Assembly: GCF_006345805.1 (NCBI RefSeq)
Contig: NC_042999.1
Coordinates: 22,506,001 to 22,570,000, forward strand
Source: Octopus sinensis
Lineage: Eukaryota
Direction of reading: 5' to 3'
Length of the DNA: 64,000 nucleotides
Shown here piece by piece: positions 22,839 through 36,508 of the stretch. How positions within the stretch are numbered: position 1 is the first letter of the stretch; the number at the start of each line of letters is the position of its first letter. The notes beneath the pieces are model-generated. The model made no database searches. It was not told the DNA's origin and saw nothing but the letters and a program-made list of their open reading frames with translations. Position numbers and translations under genes: made by a program.

Positions 22839-23644
22839 ATATTTCGCAAGCAGAACACGTCTATGAGTTATTTTCCGTAAGCCATATGGCTTAAAATATA
22901 TCTAGTTGGCAGGCTGCGGTTCTAATGGAAGAAAGCTGAATATCTATTATGTCTGTGTGAATTCTAATTCGTATTCAGTGTGTACTATGTCTTAATGTCT
23001 TGCCAGTTAAACAGAGAAACGTCTTGTGCAGAACTACAGTTGGGTTGTGCATAGGGTATGAATCAGTTCGGCTTAATCCAACCTTCACTCCAACACACAC
23101 ACACGCGCGCACACACACACACGCGCGCACAGATATTATCTCTGCGTGCGCGTGTACGTATGTATGTATGTATGTATGTATGTATGTATTTATGTATTTG
23201 AGGACCGGATAATCTGCTAGCGAAATCTAAACATGTTGGAGTATCACATGTGAAATAAAGTGAGTTGAATAACTTCAATCAGCTAAGATTATGTATATAT
23301 ATAATCTATACTATAATGAAGAAAGCTGCTTACTAATTAGGTATGTAACAATTACTAAAAGTACTAAAAAAAAAAGCAATTATTAAAGGGTTGACCGTCT
23401 GGAAATATTTTTATAAATTCAAGTTCTAAGAAATTTCCTATAATTTCGATTTCTCAAGTTTATTGAATTTTTTAACTCCAATTTCTCGCAAATTTAAATA
23501 TTCACTGCGTCCAATTCATCACAAATTTAAATATTCATTGCATTCACTGCAGAGTATTCCATTTCCATTTGCAATGTCTCTCACTTTCTCTTTTCAGTTT
23601 TAATTCGCTATTAATGTACACGTAATAAAAAAAACATTATTTAT

Positions 23645-23850
23645 TCTCTTTACTCTTTTACTTGTTTCAGTCATCTGACTTTGGCCATGCTGGAGCAGCG
23701 CCTTTAGTCGAGCAAATCGACCCCAGGACTTATTCTTTGTAAGCCTAGTACTTATTCTATCGGTCCCGAACCGCTAAGTCACTGGAACCTAAACACACCA
23801 GCATCGGTTGTCAAGCGATATTGGGGGGACGAACACAGCCACAAAAAATT

Positions 23851-23900
<50 letters not shown>

Positions 23901-24080
23901 TATATATACATATATACGACGGGCTTCTTTCAGCTTCCGTATACCAAATCCACTCGCAAGGCTTTGGTCGGCCCGAGGCTATAGTAGAAGACACTTGCAC
24001 AAGGTGCCACGTAGTGGGACTGAAACCTGAACCATGTGGTCGATAAGCAAGCTACTTACCACACAGCCACTCCTACGCCT
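23645..24080 (-). mobile_element. SINE family A, full length
   Basis: Complete match. Confidence 0.9.
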
Positions 24081-24336
24081 AAGATTATGAAATTTTTTTT
24101 AAATACACATATAAGTTTTGAACGCGGGATAACCGTGAGAAGAGCCTAGAAAGTTGGGTAATTACCATTAGAAGACGAGGAGAAAAAAACAAAAAGTTAC
24201 CGACAAGTACTCGAAACTTGCACATTATTCATAGTTTCCAAACAGCGACACACGCACACAAACCAATACACACTCGCGCGCACACATAGATACACATACA
24301 CACAAATGAAAGGCAATGTGTTTGTGTGTGTGTGTG

Positions 24337-24568
24337 CTGTTCACTGACAAAACTTCATGCTGCATCACTTTTGTGAAGTTTTGTCAGTGAACAGGTCACG
24401 GTTTCAAAGCGATGGAAATATTTTGACAGAAATGAAGCTTTAATGTTGAAGTGAAATTAACGGTATTTGTGTGTTTTTGAATGGTTTACAAATATCTTCC
24501 ACGCTGCAATTGCTTTTGTTTCAGCATACGATCTCAGATCAAGTCACTTGCTATGCAAGTACATCTCT
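24337..24568. mobile_element. Half copy of the CAGAGATGTAC foldback family
   Basis: Central hairpin CTGTTCACTGACAAAAC…GTTTTGTCAGTGAACAG plus one arm and its terminus. Confidence 0.75.
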
Positions 24569-25386
24569 ATAATATTTTTTAAATCACTGAGGATAAATAT
24601 CAGCAATGACCTTCTCAGGCTCTCTAATATTTTAATTTCTAAACAGAAACAATCGGCAGCATGGAGTGGGGGTTGCAAAAAATTCATATTTTCTTAAAAT
24701 TTCTTTTCTATAGCATATAAATGTATTTATGGAGGGAAAATATTGGAAAATATCAATAGATGCGAGTGATACAGAAACGAGGAGGGTTTTTTGGGATGTG
24801 CTAGAAACAACAGCCAAATCGCCCCTAAATCCCTTTTCCCTCTGAAAATATAAACATTTTTTTTTAATTTGTTACCGAAAATGCTCTTCCCATGGTTTTG
24901 AAGTGCAAAATGAAAATTAGCCAAGATAGGTCCGGAGTGGGATGATGAGGGGGGTGGAGTAAAAATAGAGTTTTCAAAACTTTTTCATACAAAGGCTGTA
25001 GTTTAAAAAAAAAATCGGGAAAATACCCGAAAGAATTTCCCCCATAAATTTCCTCATAATACTAATCTATGCCATTTGAAAGGGATTTGTATAAATTTTC
25101 ATTGTAAGATAACCGTCTTCCTGAAAGTTATGAGTGAAAAAAGTCAGATCTTGTGAATTTTCTGAAATTCCTCTCACCACCTCCTCGCAAAAATTCTATC
25201 CCATAAATCCCTATATACTCTGAAGCTACAACATCTAAGCGGTATTGGTAGAAAATTTTGTTAAAAAGTATCCATTTTTCTGAATGGCATGAGGCAACAA
25301 AGTCGGGGGCGTATACATCTGTAGTAAGGCTCTTTTATTTATACGATTTTTTCATTTCGTGTTTATTTCATACATTGTTTGCAATG

Positions 25387-25491
<105 letters not shown>

Positions 25492-25639
25492 GGCAAAGCT
25501 TACGGACGGGCTGCTGAATTGAAATCTCTATGCTGCTTTGAGGGGAAGGTAAAATTTGACAAACTGCTTCTCCCTCTGTTGTTGGACTACCGTGATTTTT
25601 GTTTTAAAAAAAAGAGATTATAACTGGATAATATAATGA

Positions 25640-25925
25640 AAGATCGTGAGTTCAATTCCTGGCGTCGCGTTGTGTCCTTGAGCAAGACACTTTATTTCAC
25701 GTTGCTCCAGTCCACTCAGCTGTCAAAAATGAGTAGTACCTGTATTTCAAAGGGCCAGCAGCCTTGTCACAGTCTGTGTCACGCTGAATCTCCCTGAGAA
25801 ATACGTTAAGGGTGCACGTGTCTGTGGAGTGCTCAGCCACTTGCACGTTAATTTCACGAGCAAGCTGTTCCGTTGATCGTATCAGCTGGGACCCTCGTCG
25901 ACGTAACCGACGGAGTGCTCCTTAG
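25640..25925 (+). mobile_element. SINE-D variant, 5'-truncated
   Basis: GAGTTCAATTCC B box, TTGAGCAAGACACTTTATTTCACGTTGCTCC, and tail …CGTAACCGACGGAGTGC. Confidence 0.75.
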
Positions 25926-25950
25926 AATATGTATATATAACACGACCTAT

Positions 25951-25981
<31 letters not shown>

Positions 25982-26014
25982 GATATATATATATATATAT
26001 ATATTATAATATAT

Positions 26015-26151
26015 CAAGATTAATCAGCCGAAATTACTACGATGATCCGGTTCTTGACTGAAGACTGAGGGGTTCGAATGTCCTGTCCATGTTTATTGTA
26101 TCGTCTTCTATGAGTTATACGTTCTGTCCATGTTGTATTTTTCTACATACC

Positions 26152-26192
<41 letters not shown>

Positions 26193-26345
26193 CCGGAAGG
26201 TTTACGAAAATAAACAAAAGACGAAGGCAGGTGGAGTACAAACAAACAAATGTATTAGTATGGCGCTCAGGAATAGAAATAGAACAAGTCTTTTACGTTT
26301 CGAGCCTACGCTCTTCGACAGAAAGATACACAGACAAAAAAACAA
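26015..26345. mobile_element. Two Penelope-like terminal fragments facing each other across (TA)n
   Basis: 26015-26150 (+) is homologous to 50465-50585 (-). 26190-26345 (-) carries the hammerhead-like motif TCTTT-CTGTCGA-A-GAGC-GTAG-GCTC-GAAAC-GTA-AAAGA at 26326-26289. Confidence 0.5.
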
Positions 26346-26404
26346 GGAGAGGAACAAAGAGAGAACAAAAATGCGTGTAGGAGCTAACGATCTATCATGG
26401 CGTT

Positions 26405-26577
26405 ATATAATACGTCGAGCCTCTTTCAGTTTCTGTCTACCAAACTCACTCACAAAGCTTTGGTCGGCCCGAAGCCATAGTAGAAGACACTTGCCCAAGG
26501 TAGCACGCAGTGGGACTGAACCTGGAACCATGTGTTTGGTAAGCAAGCTACTTACCACACAGCCTTTCATGCGCCTT
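26405..26577 (-). mobile_element. SINE-A 5' half
   Basis: Head and core match. Confidence 0.8.
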
Positions 26578-26867
26578 GTGTACATTTTTCTTTTTCTTTT
26601 TTCTTTTTTGTAATTTTATTTATATAACTACTTCTCCAACAACTGTATTTTTGTCAGGGTGTTTAAGTAAAAGCGGTGTTTGCATTACAGCTGTTGAGGT
26701 GGAGGTGCTGATGTGTGTGTATATAGGGTACCATGTGTTGGTATTTGTACTGTGTGCATGTAATGTCGATGGTAGTATGATGGTGCTTGCGATGTGTATT
26801 CAAAAAGCATTTGTTTATGTGTAAATGTATAAATATATGGGTATTTATAAGTGGTACACATATAGCG

Positions 26868-27037
26868 GTGATGATAATGATGATGACGACAATGATGACG
26901 ACAATGATGACGACGACGGCGGCGATGATGACGACGACGTCGATGAAGACGACGACGTCGATGAAGACGACGACGTCGATGAAGACGACGACGTCGATGA
27001 AGACGACGACGTCGATGAAGACGACGACGGTGATGAT
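26868..27037. repeat. (GAT/GAC) microsatellite containing ~5 x 18-bp GATGAAGACGACGACGTC
   Basis: Seen directly. Confidence 0.9.
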
Positions 27038-27242
27038 GGTTTACGGGCATCAAGGACTACATTATACAACAAGTCCTTCTATTCTCAAGATGATTGGATG
27101 TCATATGAATGTAATTTGACTGTCATTTCTAGCAAGTCGAGGGACTATATAGAGACTTCTTGCTTGCTCCAGTTAACGTGAAGCACAAAAGTAGTACCTA
27201 GTTGTGTGGTGGTGGTGGTGGTGGTGGTGGTGGTGTGGTGGT

Positions 27243-27285
<43 letters not shown>

Positions 27286-27449
27286 TGTGTGTGTGCGTGC
27301 TGCTTGTTGTTGTAGTGGTCGTCGTTTAACTCTGGGTCGGCCCTGATGGAGCAGAGAGACATATGATCAAGAACATTCCATCTATGGCCACCCCAGCATT
27401 TCTGGATGTGCAAGGAACACACATATATTATATGAGGTTATAAGATAGA

Positions 27450-27486
27450 GAGAGAGAGGGGGAGATAGATAGATAGATAGATAGAC

Positions 27487-27520
<34 letters not shown>

Positions 27521-27781
27521 GCAGAGAGAGAGAGAGACGAACAGAGAGAGAGAGACGAATAGAGAGAGAGAGAGAGAGAGAGACGAACAGAGAGAGAGAC
27601 GAACAGAGAGAGAGAAAGAGAGAGACGAACAGAGAGAGAGAAAGAGAGAGACGAACAGAGAGAGAGAAAGAGAGAGACGAACAGAGAGAGAGGGAGAGAC
27701 GAACAGAGAGAAAGATAACAGAGAAAGAGAGAGACGAACAGAGAGAGAGAGAGAGACGAACAGAAAGAGAGAGAGGGGAAC

Positions 27782-27850
<69 letters not shown>
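27450..27850. repeat. (GATA)n flanking an (AG)n-ACGAAC minisatellite
   Basis: Repeated GAGAGACGAACAGAGAG units. Confidence 0.9.
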
Positions 27851-27851
<1 letters not shown>

Positions 27852-28195
27852 AGACAAACGTACGATGTGCTTCTGAATAGTTTCCATCAATAAACTCACT
27901 CAAAAACTATTGGTTTGTTCTGGGCTATGACAGAGGACATTTTTTTTCCCCCAATGCTCCGTACATAGGGACTGAACCCGGAACCATACGACTGCTAACG
28001 CAAACCAATCCTTCTTAACTACACACATGCAGACCTGTAAAAGCTGTGCTGTTTATGTTTGCCAATTCCGTTTATTCCTTCGTTCTTTTATATCTTTCTG
28101 ATTCTCGCCTTGTCCTCGCTTTATCTATTTCGAGGTTCAAAGACGATAAGACGAAAGCTGGATATATTATTACTCGCGCACTCGCAACTCCCCCC

Positions 28196-28247
<52 letters not shown>

Positions 28248-28409
28248 GATCTCAGATTTAGAAAGGCATTGTTGATTTATGGTTTTATCATCAATCTATC
28301 TTTTATTTTTTGCGTTTCTCATTCTTCTCATATTGTATGTTGTTTCTTCGCATATCAGGTCACCATGACTTGCCTTCAACAGCTGTTTTGGGCGCTTTCT
28401 ACAGGATTT

Positions 28410-28455
<46 letters not shown>

Positions 28456-28544
28456 TACCACCACCACCACCACTATTACTACTACTACTACTACTACTAA
28501 AAATAATCATAATAATAATATTAATATTACTTATTATTATTGAG

Positions 28545-29000
28545 TGAGAGAGCAGTGTGTGACATCAAAGTGACACTGGGGTAAAATATACGAAACCCAG
28601 TACACCCATCATGACTACCAGTCTGATAAGAGTACACTAGGCACATGCATCACAACCATATGTGCGTGACATGGTGATCTCATATCAAGATAAACAGCGC
28701 ATGACCTTGCAGGTGGGGCCCAGTTAGAATTTCTTTCAGGTCGAGTAGCTCATCCCGCTCAAAAGATCCCTGAATAAGGGTTGTTTAAGGATGTTTAACA
28801 AAACACCTATGATTCTAGAGGTGAATTATTCAAACCCCAAAGAATCTCTCTCAACACATGGCTATGGTGCTCCTCCACTACTTCCGCTTGTGATCAGAGG
28901 TGCACAGATCGTCAGCCATCAAGGGACATGGTCAACTGGTTAAGATCAAACAAATGACAAGCAAATCTGTGGTGTTGAGCAAAATATTTGCTGTACCCCA
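28545..29000 (-). mobile_element. Unclassified interspersed repeat, probably a retroposon 3' end with a (TAA)n tail
   Basis: The minus strand ends …CACTGCTCTCTCACTC then AATAATAATAA. No coding motif was recognised. Confidence 0.35.
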
Positions 29001-30042
29001 TCTTTTATTATTATAATTGTTGTTGTTGTTGTTGTTATTACGGAGGCGGCGAGCTGTCAGAATCGTTACCACGAAGAACAAACTACTTAAAGACATTTCG
29101 CCTGTCTTTACGTTCTGAGTTATTATCGATTTCATTCAGCGATTGTGACCATGCTGGGGCACCGCTATTAAAACGTTATTGTTACTGCTGCTCTTTTGTT
29201 TTTTTGTTGGTTTTTATATTATTGCTAATTTTTAATATATGGAGGGAACCCGAGGATACTGAGTGAGGGCCCGCGCCGGCAACACTGATAATTAAAATGC
29301 AACAGAATTTATAAGGACCGGTAAGTTTAACTGGCACAAGGAGAGGGAAAATAGAATATTTTAAAATAATTTGCTTTCAGTCTGGACTTCCTACCTGTTG
29401 TACAGCGTATGTGCGAGGGAGTGAAAATCGAGACAAAATAAAGTAAACCAAAAGAAGGCGTGAGGCACAAAGCTTCAAACTACAAAGAGGAGAGAGTTAG
29501 AAAAACTGGAAGCAGAATGAAAGGGAAGAGTGTGGAATTGGAAAATGTTCCTATTCTTGTAGGGAGTATCATGAAATCTAATGTTGAAGCATTTGGGCTT
29601 ATACAAGCAAGTTGGGTTTAGTTCATTCTTTTTTATATTTATTTATCTATTTATTTATTTATTTATTTATCTGTTTATCTATATGAAACTGAGATATGCT
29701 TGGCGGATGATGAGGAATTTCTCTGTGAGACAAAGATCACAGCTCTTTAATCCGTTCTTAAATGCTTACGATCTGTTTAAGACAACCGATGGGATATTAT
29801 TTTCCCTAATGTTTTTCACATATGCGTGTATGCATGTGTGTGTGTGTGGTGTGTGTGTGTGTGTGTGTGCATTTATGTATGCATGTATGAATGTAGGTGT
29901 GTAAGTATGAATAAATGAATGAATGCACAAATGTATGTGGGATGGGGACGCAAATAGGTTGGGAGGAATGTATATACGTGTGGCTGTGTAGTACCGTATG
30001 CAAGTGTCTCCTATTATACCCTCTGGTCGACCAAAGCCTTAC

Positions 30043-30914
30043 TGAATGGCACAAGGAACATTCTAGTGCAGTTGAACATCTTATCAGGCCACCATAGTCC
30101 CCAGATCTCAATATTATTGAACATTTATGGTGCATTTTAGAAAAACAAGTAAAGAGTCGATATAGCGCCCCGGATCATCACAGATCCTCCTCCATGTTTA
30201 ACACTTGGAAGTAGGCCGTGTGGATCAAATGCCTCTTTTGGCTGTCTCCACACATTTTCTCGGCCGCTGGTCGGAAACAAGGTAAAAGATGACTCGTCAG
30301 AGAAAATAACATTCTTTCACTGCTCTAGGGACCAATTCCGTAGGTTTTTACCCGACTCTAAACGCTTTGCAACGTTTATTTTTGAAAGTAGTGGTTTTCT
30401 GATTGCAGCCCTTCCGTGAAATCCGGTTTTATGCAGCTCCCGGCGAACAGTTTTTGTGGAAACTGGGTTTTCGAGGTGGTCATTAAGCTCTGCAGTAATT
30501 TGGGGAGCTGTACTTTTGTGATCCTTTCTAACAATTTGCATAAGAATCCGACGATCCCTATCTGAATGCTTTTGTTTTCTTCCGGAGTTTTGTTTCAGCG
30601 AGGTTTTTTTCCCTCTCTCTCAAAGGCTGTCATTACCAAACATTTTGAATGTTTTTCATTACGCTAGCGCCTGCCATACGAGCACCAACAATTTGACCTC
30701 TTTGAAAGTCCGATAGATCTGTCATTTTAATGACTTTTAATTACCTTTTTCTGATGATATCTGAAACGAAGCAGCAATTTTATCAAACATATTAAGCAAC
30801 ACTAATAATATATAAAAAAACATAAAAACAAACAAGCTTTTTGGCGGTCTTATAGATATTTCAAACTTATGATACTGTGATGCTAGGTGTTTCCTTCATT
30901 TTGTCCAACTCCTG
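30043..30914 (-). mobile_element. Tc1-like transposon remnant with an internal inversion
   Basis: TIR TA|CAGGAGTTGGACAAAATGAAGGAAACAC at 30914 and ATG at 30725. The minus strand gives MTDLSDFQRGQIVGARMAGASV…DHKSTAPQITAELN…RKPLLS…VIFSDESSF…VKHGGGSVM down to ~30165. The C-terminal EWHKEHS…RPP*SPDLNIIEHLW is on the PLUS strand at 30043-30170. Confidence 0.9.
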
Positions 30915-30924
30915 TACATACAGT

Positions 30925-31324
30925 TCTATGTATGTGTGTCTTTGTGTCTGTGTTTGTCCCCCAGCACCGCTCGACAACCAGTGTTGGTATATTTACGTCC
31001 CCGTAACTTAGCAGTTCAACAAAAGAAACTGATAGAATAAGTACTAGGCTTTACATTTAAAAAGTAAGTCTTAGGATCGATTTATTCGTCTAAAACCCTT
31101 CCAGGCAGTGCTCCAGCATGTTCGCAGTCAAATGACTGAAACGTGTAAAAGATGAAAGGCGTAGGAGTGGCTGTGTGCTAAGTAGCTTGCTAAGTACTGC
31201 TTACGACCCATGGTCCGGTCAGTCCCACAGCCTGGCATCTTGGGCAAGTGTCTTCTGCTATAGCCTCGGGCCGACCAATGCCTTGTGAGTGGATTTGGTA
31301 GACGGAAACTGAAAGAAGCCCGTC

Positions 31325-31376
<52 letters not shown>

Positions 31377-31610
31377 GTATATGTATGTGTGTGTGTATGT
31401 TTATATTCTGTGTTTATCCCCCCAACATCGCTTGACAACCGATGCTGGTGTGTTTACGTCCCCGTAACTTAGCGGTTCGGCAAAAAGAGTCCGATAGAAT
31501 AAGTACTAGGCTTACAAAGAATAAGTCCTGGGGTCGATTTGCTCGACTAAAAGGTGGTACTCCAGCATGGTCGCAGTCAAATGACTGAAAGAAGTAAAAG
31601 ATGAAAGATT
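30925..31610 (+). mobile_element. SINE-A 3' half plus a full-length SINE-A
   Basis: Two successive copies. Confidence 0.88.
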
Positions 31611-31873
31611 AATGACAGGTAAATGTTATTCTGTGAGTGAATTTATATCTTTATTTATCTACCTGTACATATACACATGTTTGTATGTCTATACACGCGG
31701 ATATAGATACATGCTACAGGTTAAACTCTTGGGAGGTTTACATATATTCACAGTTTTATTAATGACTTATAATTGAAATTTCCTAATTAGCCGTGTCCGG
31801 TTTTGTGAAAACTTGCTATTCAAGATGGATGCTAGATGAGATAATTAAATATGTATATATGTATGTTTGTTTG

Positions 31874-31907
<34 letters not shown>

Positions 31908-32657
31908 TGTATGTATGTATGTATGTATGTATGTATGTATGTATGTACTGTATGTATGTATGTATGTATGTATGTATGTATGTCCTCTTTCACTACAACT
32001 TTCTCTCACTCTTTCTTCCTTGTTCTGCCACAAAGCAGAGGAACCATGGTGTAACCCACTATGGTGTGGTAAACTTTCAGACCCAAGTCTAGATTGCGAA
32101 TCCTCTGTACCCCAGGATGGTTCAGCTCTCCACCCGTAAAAAGCCACCGTTTACGGAATGAGGATAACAACGTAGCTTTCGCGCCCGTACAACCACCAGT
32201 CTATCGCGTGTGGTGGGTGGATCTTCAAGTTGCCACACGGATTCTTAGTAGCTTAGAGTAGGCTCGAATTAGAGATTATTCTTTGTGGCTAATGGCATGA
32301 GTCCTGATTGGAAGAAGAAGAAAACATCATGACTCATCGGTAGATAAAACCGTGATGACACTTTTGGACAACTGCTTATGCTGTGAGTGATATCTTTGGT
32401 GTTAACTCGTATGTATGTATGTATGTATGTATGTATGTATGTATGTATGTATGTATGTATGTATGAATGAAAGTAAATATTTTTTTGCGTGTGAAAGCGT
32501 TATATGTTGTCGAAATGTTTATTAAACGCTTTTGTAAACAATTTTCTGTATTAACGCCTTCTGCCTCTCTCTAATCAAAACACATGCCTGGTGTATACAC
32601 ACACAGAGGCGCGCGCACACACACGCATATATATATGCGTGTATGTTTGTGCGTGTA

Positions 32658-32980
32658 GTGAAGGTGCGTGGGTTAGTGGTTAGGGTATTTGGCTTATGAT
32701 CATAACGTCATGAGTTCGATTCCTGATGGTGCGTCGTGTCCCTGAGCAAGATACTTCATTTCACGTTGCTCCACTCAGCTGGCTAAATTTAGTAGTGCCA
32801 TTGTAATACAAAGGGCCGGCCTTGTAACATTCGATCTCACGCTGAATCTCCCCGAGAACTACGCTAAGGGTACGCATGTCTGTGGAGTGCTCAGCCATTT
32901 GCATGTTAATATCACGAGCAGACCGTTCCATTGATCGGATCAACTAGAACGCTCATCGTCGTAACTGACGGAATGCCAGT
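32658..32980 (+). mobile_element. SINE-D variant
   Basis: GTGAAGGTGCGTGGGTTAGTGGTTAGGG…GAGTTCGATTCC head and the tail shared with the 25640 and 59660 copies. Confidence 0.8.
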
Positions 32981-33229
32981 TATTAAATGTGTGTGTGTGT
33001 GTGTGTCTGTGTGTGTTATATAGAGAGAGGGGAGACAAATAAGTGAGCGTGTATGTGTGTGTAGGTAACATACACATACACATACTTGTATTTATGCACG
33101 TATACACATATATCGGTTACTACATATGTATGGATGCATGCATACCCGTATTTATGTAATTTCAGTTGAAAATTGACGTATGTACGTCAGTGTATGTATA
33201 TACAGATATGTACATATATGTGTACATGC

Positions 33230-33253
33230 GTGTAGATAGATAGATAGATAGAC

Positions 33254-33293
<40 letters not shown>

Positions 33294-33434
33294 GATGGAT
33301 AGATAGATAGATAGATATGGATAGATAGATAGATAGATGATGGATAGATAGATAGATAGATGATGGATAGATAGATAGATAGATGATGGATAGATAGATA
33401 GATAGATGATGGATAGATAGATAGATAGATGATG

Positions 33435-33465
<31 letters not shown>

Positions 33466-33680
33466 GATGGATAGATAGATAGATAGATAGATAGATATGT
33501 AGGTAGGTAGGTAGGTAGGTAGGTATGTAGGTAGGTAGGTAGGTAGGTAGGTAGGTAGGTAAGTATGAGTGTATGTATGTATGTACGTATGTATGTATGT
33601 ACGTATGTATGTATGTATGTATGTATGTATGTATGCATGTACGTATGTATGTATGTATGTATGTATGTATGTACGTGCAA
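33230..33680. repeat. (GATA)/(GGTA)/(GTAT) compound tetranucleotide satellite
   Basis: Seen directly. Confidence 0.95.
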
Positions 33681-33852
33681 ACATGTACATGTGTACCTGC
33701 TGAGAGATATTAGAGTTATTTTTAACAGAATAAAAGGCGGTCTGTTACTAAGTAACAAGGCTTCCTTCTTTGAGTCAAGACATCTCCAGGCATTTCTGCA
33801 TTCAAGAGTGTAGCTGCATGCGTGAACATATGAATGTAAGTACTTATATGTA

Positions 33853-33887
<35 letters not shown>

Positions 33888-33989
33888 TGTGTGTGCGTGT
33901 GTGTGTGTGCGTGTACATACATGTGTATTTGTATGTGTGTATGTGTTTGTAATTGGTTTAACTATCAAACTCGGAATAGATAAATTTAT

Positions 33990-34396
33990 AATTAATTCTT
34001 TCTACTAGAGGCACAGGGCCTCAAATTTGGGGGAAGGGATATTAAGTCGATTACATCGACCCCTGTGTGTAACTGGTACTTATTTAATTGATCCCGAAAG
34101 GATGAAAGGCAAAGTCAACCTTGGCGGGCGGAATTTGAACTCAGAACGTAGTGACGGACGAAATACCTATTTCTATTTCTTTACTACCCACAAGGGGCTA
34201 AACACAGAGAGGACAAACAAACGGATTAAGCCGATTATATCGACCCCAGTGCGTAACTGGTACTTTATTTATCGACTCCGAGAGGATGAAAGGCAAAGTC
34301 GACCTCGGCGGAATTTGAACTCAGAACGTAGCGGCAGACGAAATACGGCTAAGCATTTCGTCCGGCGTGCTAACGTTTCTGCCAGTTCGCCGCCTT
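33990..34396 (-). mobile_element. SINE-B tandem dimer
   Basis: Same architecture and the same left flank as 85-485. Confidence 0.85.
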
Positions 34397-34484
34397 AGAT
34401 TAACTTATAATTAATAGCAGTCGTGCTAAGAAGCTTGCTCATCAGTCACATGGTTCCGGGTTCAGTCCCACTGCGTGTCGATCA

Positions 34485-34875
34485 GAAGCTGGAGCGTGTC
34501 TGTTAGGGATCGGATATCAATAAGTCGAGTGACCCTTCTCTGAATGGAGTCCAAAATATACGCGTGCGAGGTAGCAATACCGCCCCTGATATAGGAGCAG
34601 TAAACCATTGTGGACCTCAATTGAGCTTTGTAGAATTTCAGTAGCTTTTGGGGGTTGGGATATTTCCTTACCCTGAAGGGAAGAACTAGTCTTTTGGTGT
34701 GATAGTAAAGACCATCATGTGGAGGGGCCATAGAGACCCTTACTGAGTCCCATTCATATTTAAGAGGGTGAGGTGAAGCCATACTTCCTTGATTTAAGTG
34801 ACTTGAGTTTCCTTTACTTTTAAAAGAAACGGGGTAGCATGGCCTCCTTGAAAGGTGCCCTCAAGATGTCTTCGT
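34485..34875 (-). mobile_element. CR1/Jockey-group LINE fragment (region C-terminal to RT)
   Basis: LLKFYKAQLRSTMVYCSYIRGG…ILDSIQRRVTRLI matches the LY.A.IRP.MEY.S.IW…LDRVQRRA.RLI motif. Confidence 0.8.
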
Positions 34876-35079
34876 TTATGGAATAGGCACATAACCGATG
34901 CTGGTGTGTTTACGTCCCGTAACTTAGCGGTTCGGCAAGAGAGACCGATAGAATAAGTACTAGGCTAATAAAGAATAAGTCCTGGGGTCGACTTTATCGA
35001 CTAAAGGTGGTGCTCTAGCATGGCCACAGTCAAATGACTGAAACAAGTAAAAGGGATATATTTGCATATTATACACACG

Positions 35080-35242
<163 letters not shown>

Positions 35243-35392
35243 ATTATTTTGAGTCTCAACAACTGCAGGATAGTATATGGTTCGATATACTGGCTTTTCC
35301 AATTACTGAACTATCCGAGCAAGTAACTTATGGTACCTCACATATAAATCTTGCGTTTATTAAATATGTGTATGTTTGTATGCATGTATGTG

Positions 35393-35473
<81 letters not shown>

Positions 35474-35616
35474 TTCTTTATTGCCCACAAAGGGCTAAAC
35501 ATGCAGGGGACAAACTAGGACAGACTAAGGGATTAAGTCGATTACATCGACCCTAGTGCGTAACTGGTACTTATTTAATCGACCCCGAAAGGATGAAAGG
35601 CAAAGTCGACCTCGGC

Positions 35617-35699
<83 letters not shown>

Positions 35700-35984
35700 G
35701 TTCTCCATTAATTTCAAAAACTCATTGCTAACTCCTCGCTAATCTTATCCGATTGTTTTATTTTGTTTATTTATTTATTTTTATGATTGGTATAACAGGA
35801 GGATATCTCCACCATCACAAAACTTTTCATGCTAGATAAATTAAACAAAACGTGTGTCTGCAATTAACTAAACTGCAAAGTAGCTTATATTTATGTTATG
35901 TTGGCAAGCGTTTCGCAGGCAGAAAGATGCCATCAAGGCATTGAACGGAAGACTGCCAAATGCCAAAACATTTTGCAAAAACAA

Positions 35985-36305
35985 AGGAGCACTCCGTCGG
36001 TTGCTACGATGAGGGTCCCAGCTGATACGATCAACGGAACAGCTTGCTCGTGATATTAACGTGCAAGTGGCTGAGCAATCCACAGACACATGTACCTTTA
36101 ACGTAGTTCTCGAGGAGATTCAGCGTGACACAGAGTGTGTGACAAGACTGGCCCTTTGAAATACAGGTACAAGAGAAACAGGAAGAAAGAGCGAGAGAAA
36201 GTTGTGGTGAAAGAGTACAGCAGGGTTCACCACCACCCCCTGCTGGAGCCTCGTGGAGCTTTAGGTGTTTTCGCTCAATAAACACTCACAATGCTCGGTC
36301 TGGGA
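35985..36305 (-). mobile_element. SINE C/D family copy
   Basis: Reverse complement of the 25760-25925 tail and of the family C body. Confidence 0.8.
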
Positions 36306-36330
36306 TTTTGCAAAATAATAATGAGAATTA

Positions 36331-36508
36331 CGGAGATGTACTCGCATAGCAAGTAATTTGATCTGAGATCGTGTGCTGAAACGAAAACAATTGCAGCGTG
36401 GAAGGTGTTTATAAGCCATTTAAGAAACACACAAAAGCCGTTCGATTCACTTCAACATTTAAGTTTGTGTGTTTCTTAAATGGCTTATAAACACCTTCCA
36501 CGCTGCAA
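36331..36508. mobile_element. Short foldback copy of the CAGAGATGTAC family
   Basis: TA|CGGAGATGTAC terminus and an internal hairpin TTGCAGCGTGGAAGGTG…CACCTTCCACGCTGCAA. Confidence 0.75.

Noticed and set aside
24590-25330. AT-rich segment resembling a DNA-transposon interior
   Set aside because: No TIR, TSD or coding motif could be identified.
26825-27181. Acidic ORF with (DEDDDV)n resembling Asp-rich biomineral proteins
   Set aside because: It arises from a GAT/GAC microsatellite-minisatellite, is open in several frames and has no convincing splice context. It cannot be excluded without RNA data.
26930-27770. Regularly spaced short repeats as a CRISPR array
   Set aside because: The context is eukaryotic, there are no unique spacers, and these are ordinary minisatellites.
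29307-29325. Plus-strand 15-nt microexon candidate ending GGACCG|GTAAGT
   Set aside because: The upstream acceptor lacks a pyrimidine tract and phase 0 contains TAA.
30750-30772. CTGATGA-TATCT-GAAAC as a hammerhead
   Set aside because: There is no stem II or stem I, and it lies in the Tc1 5' region.
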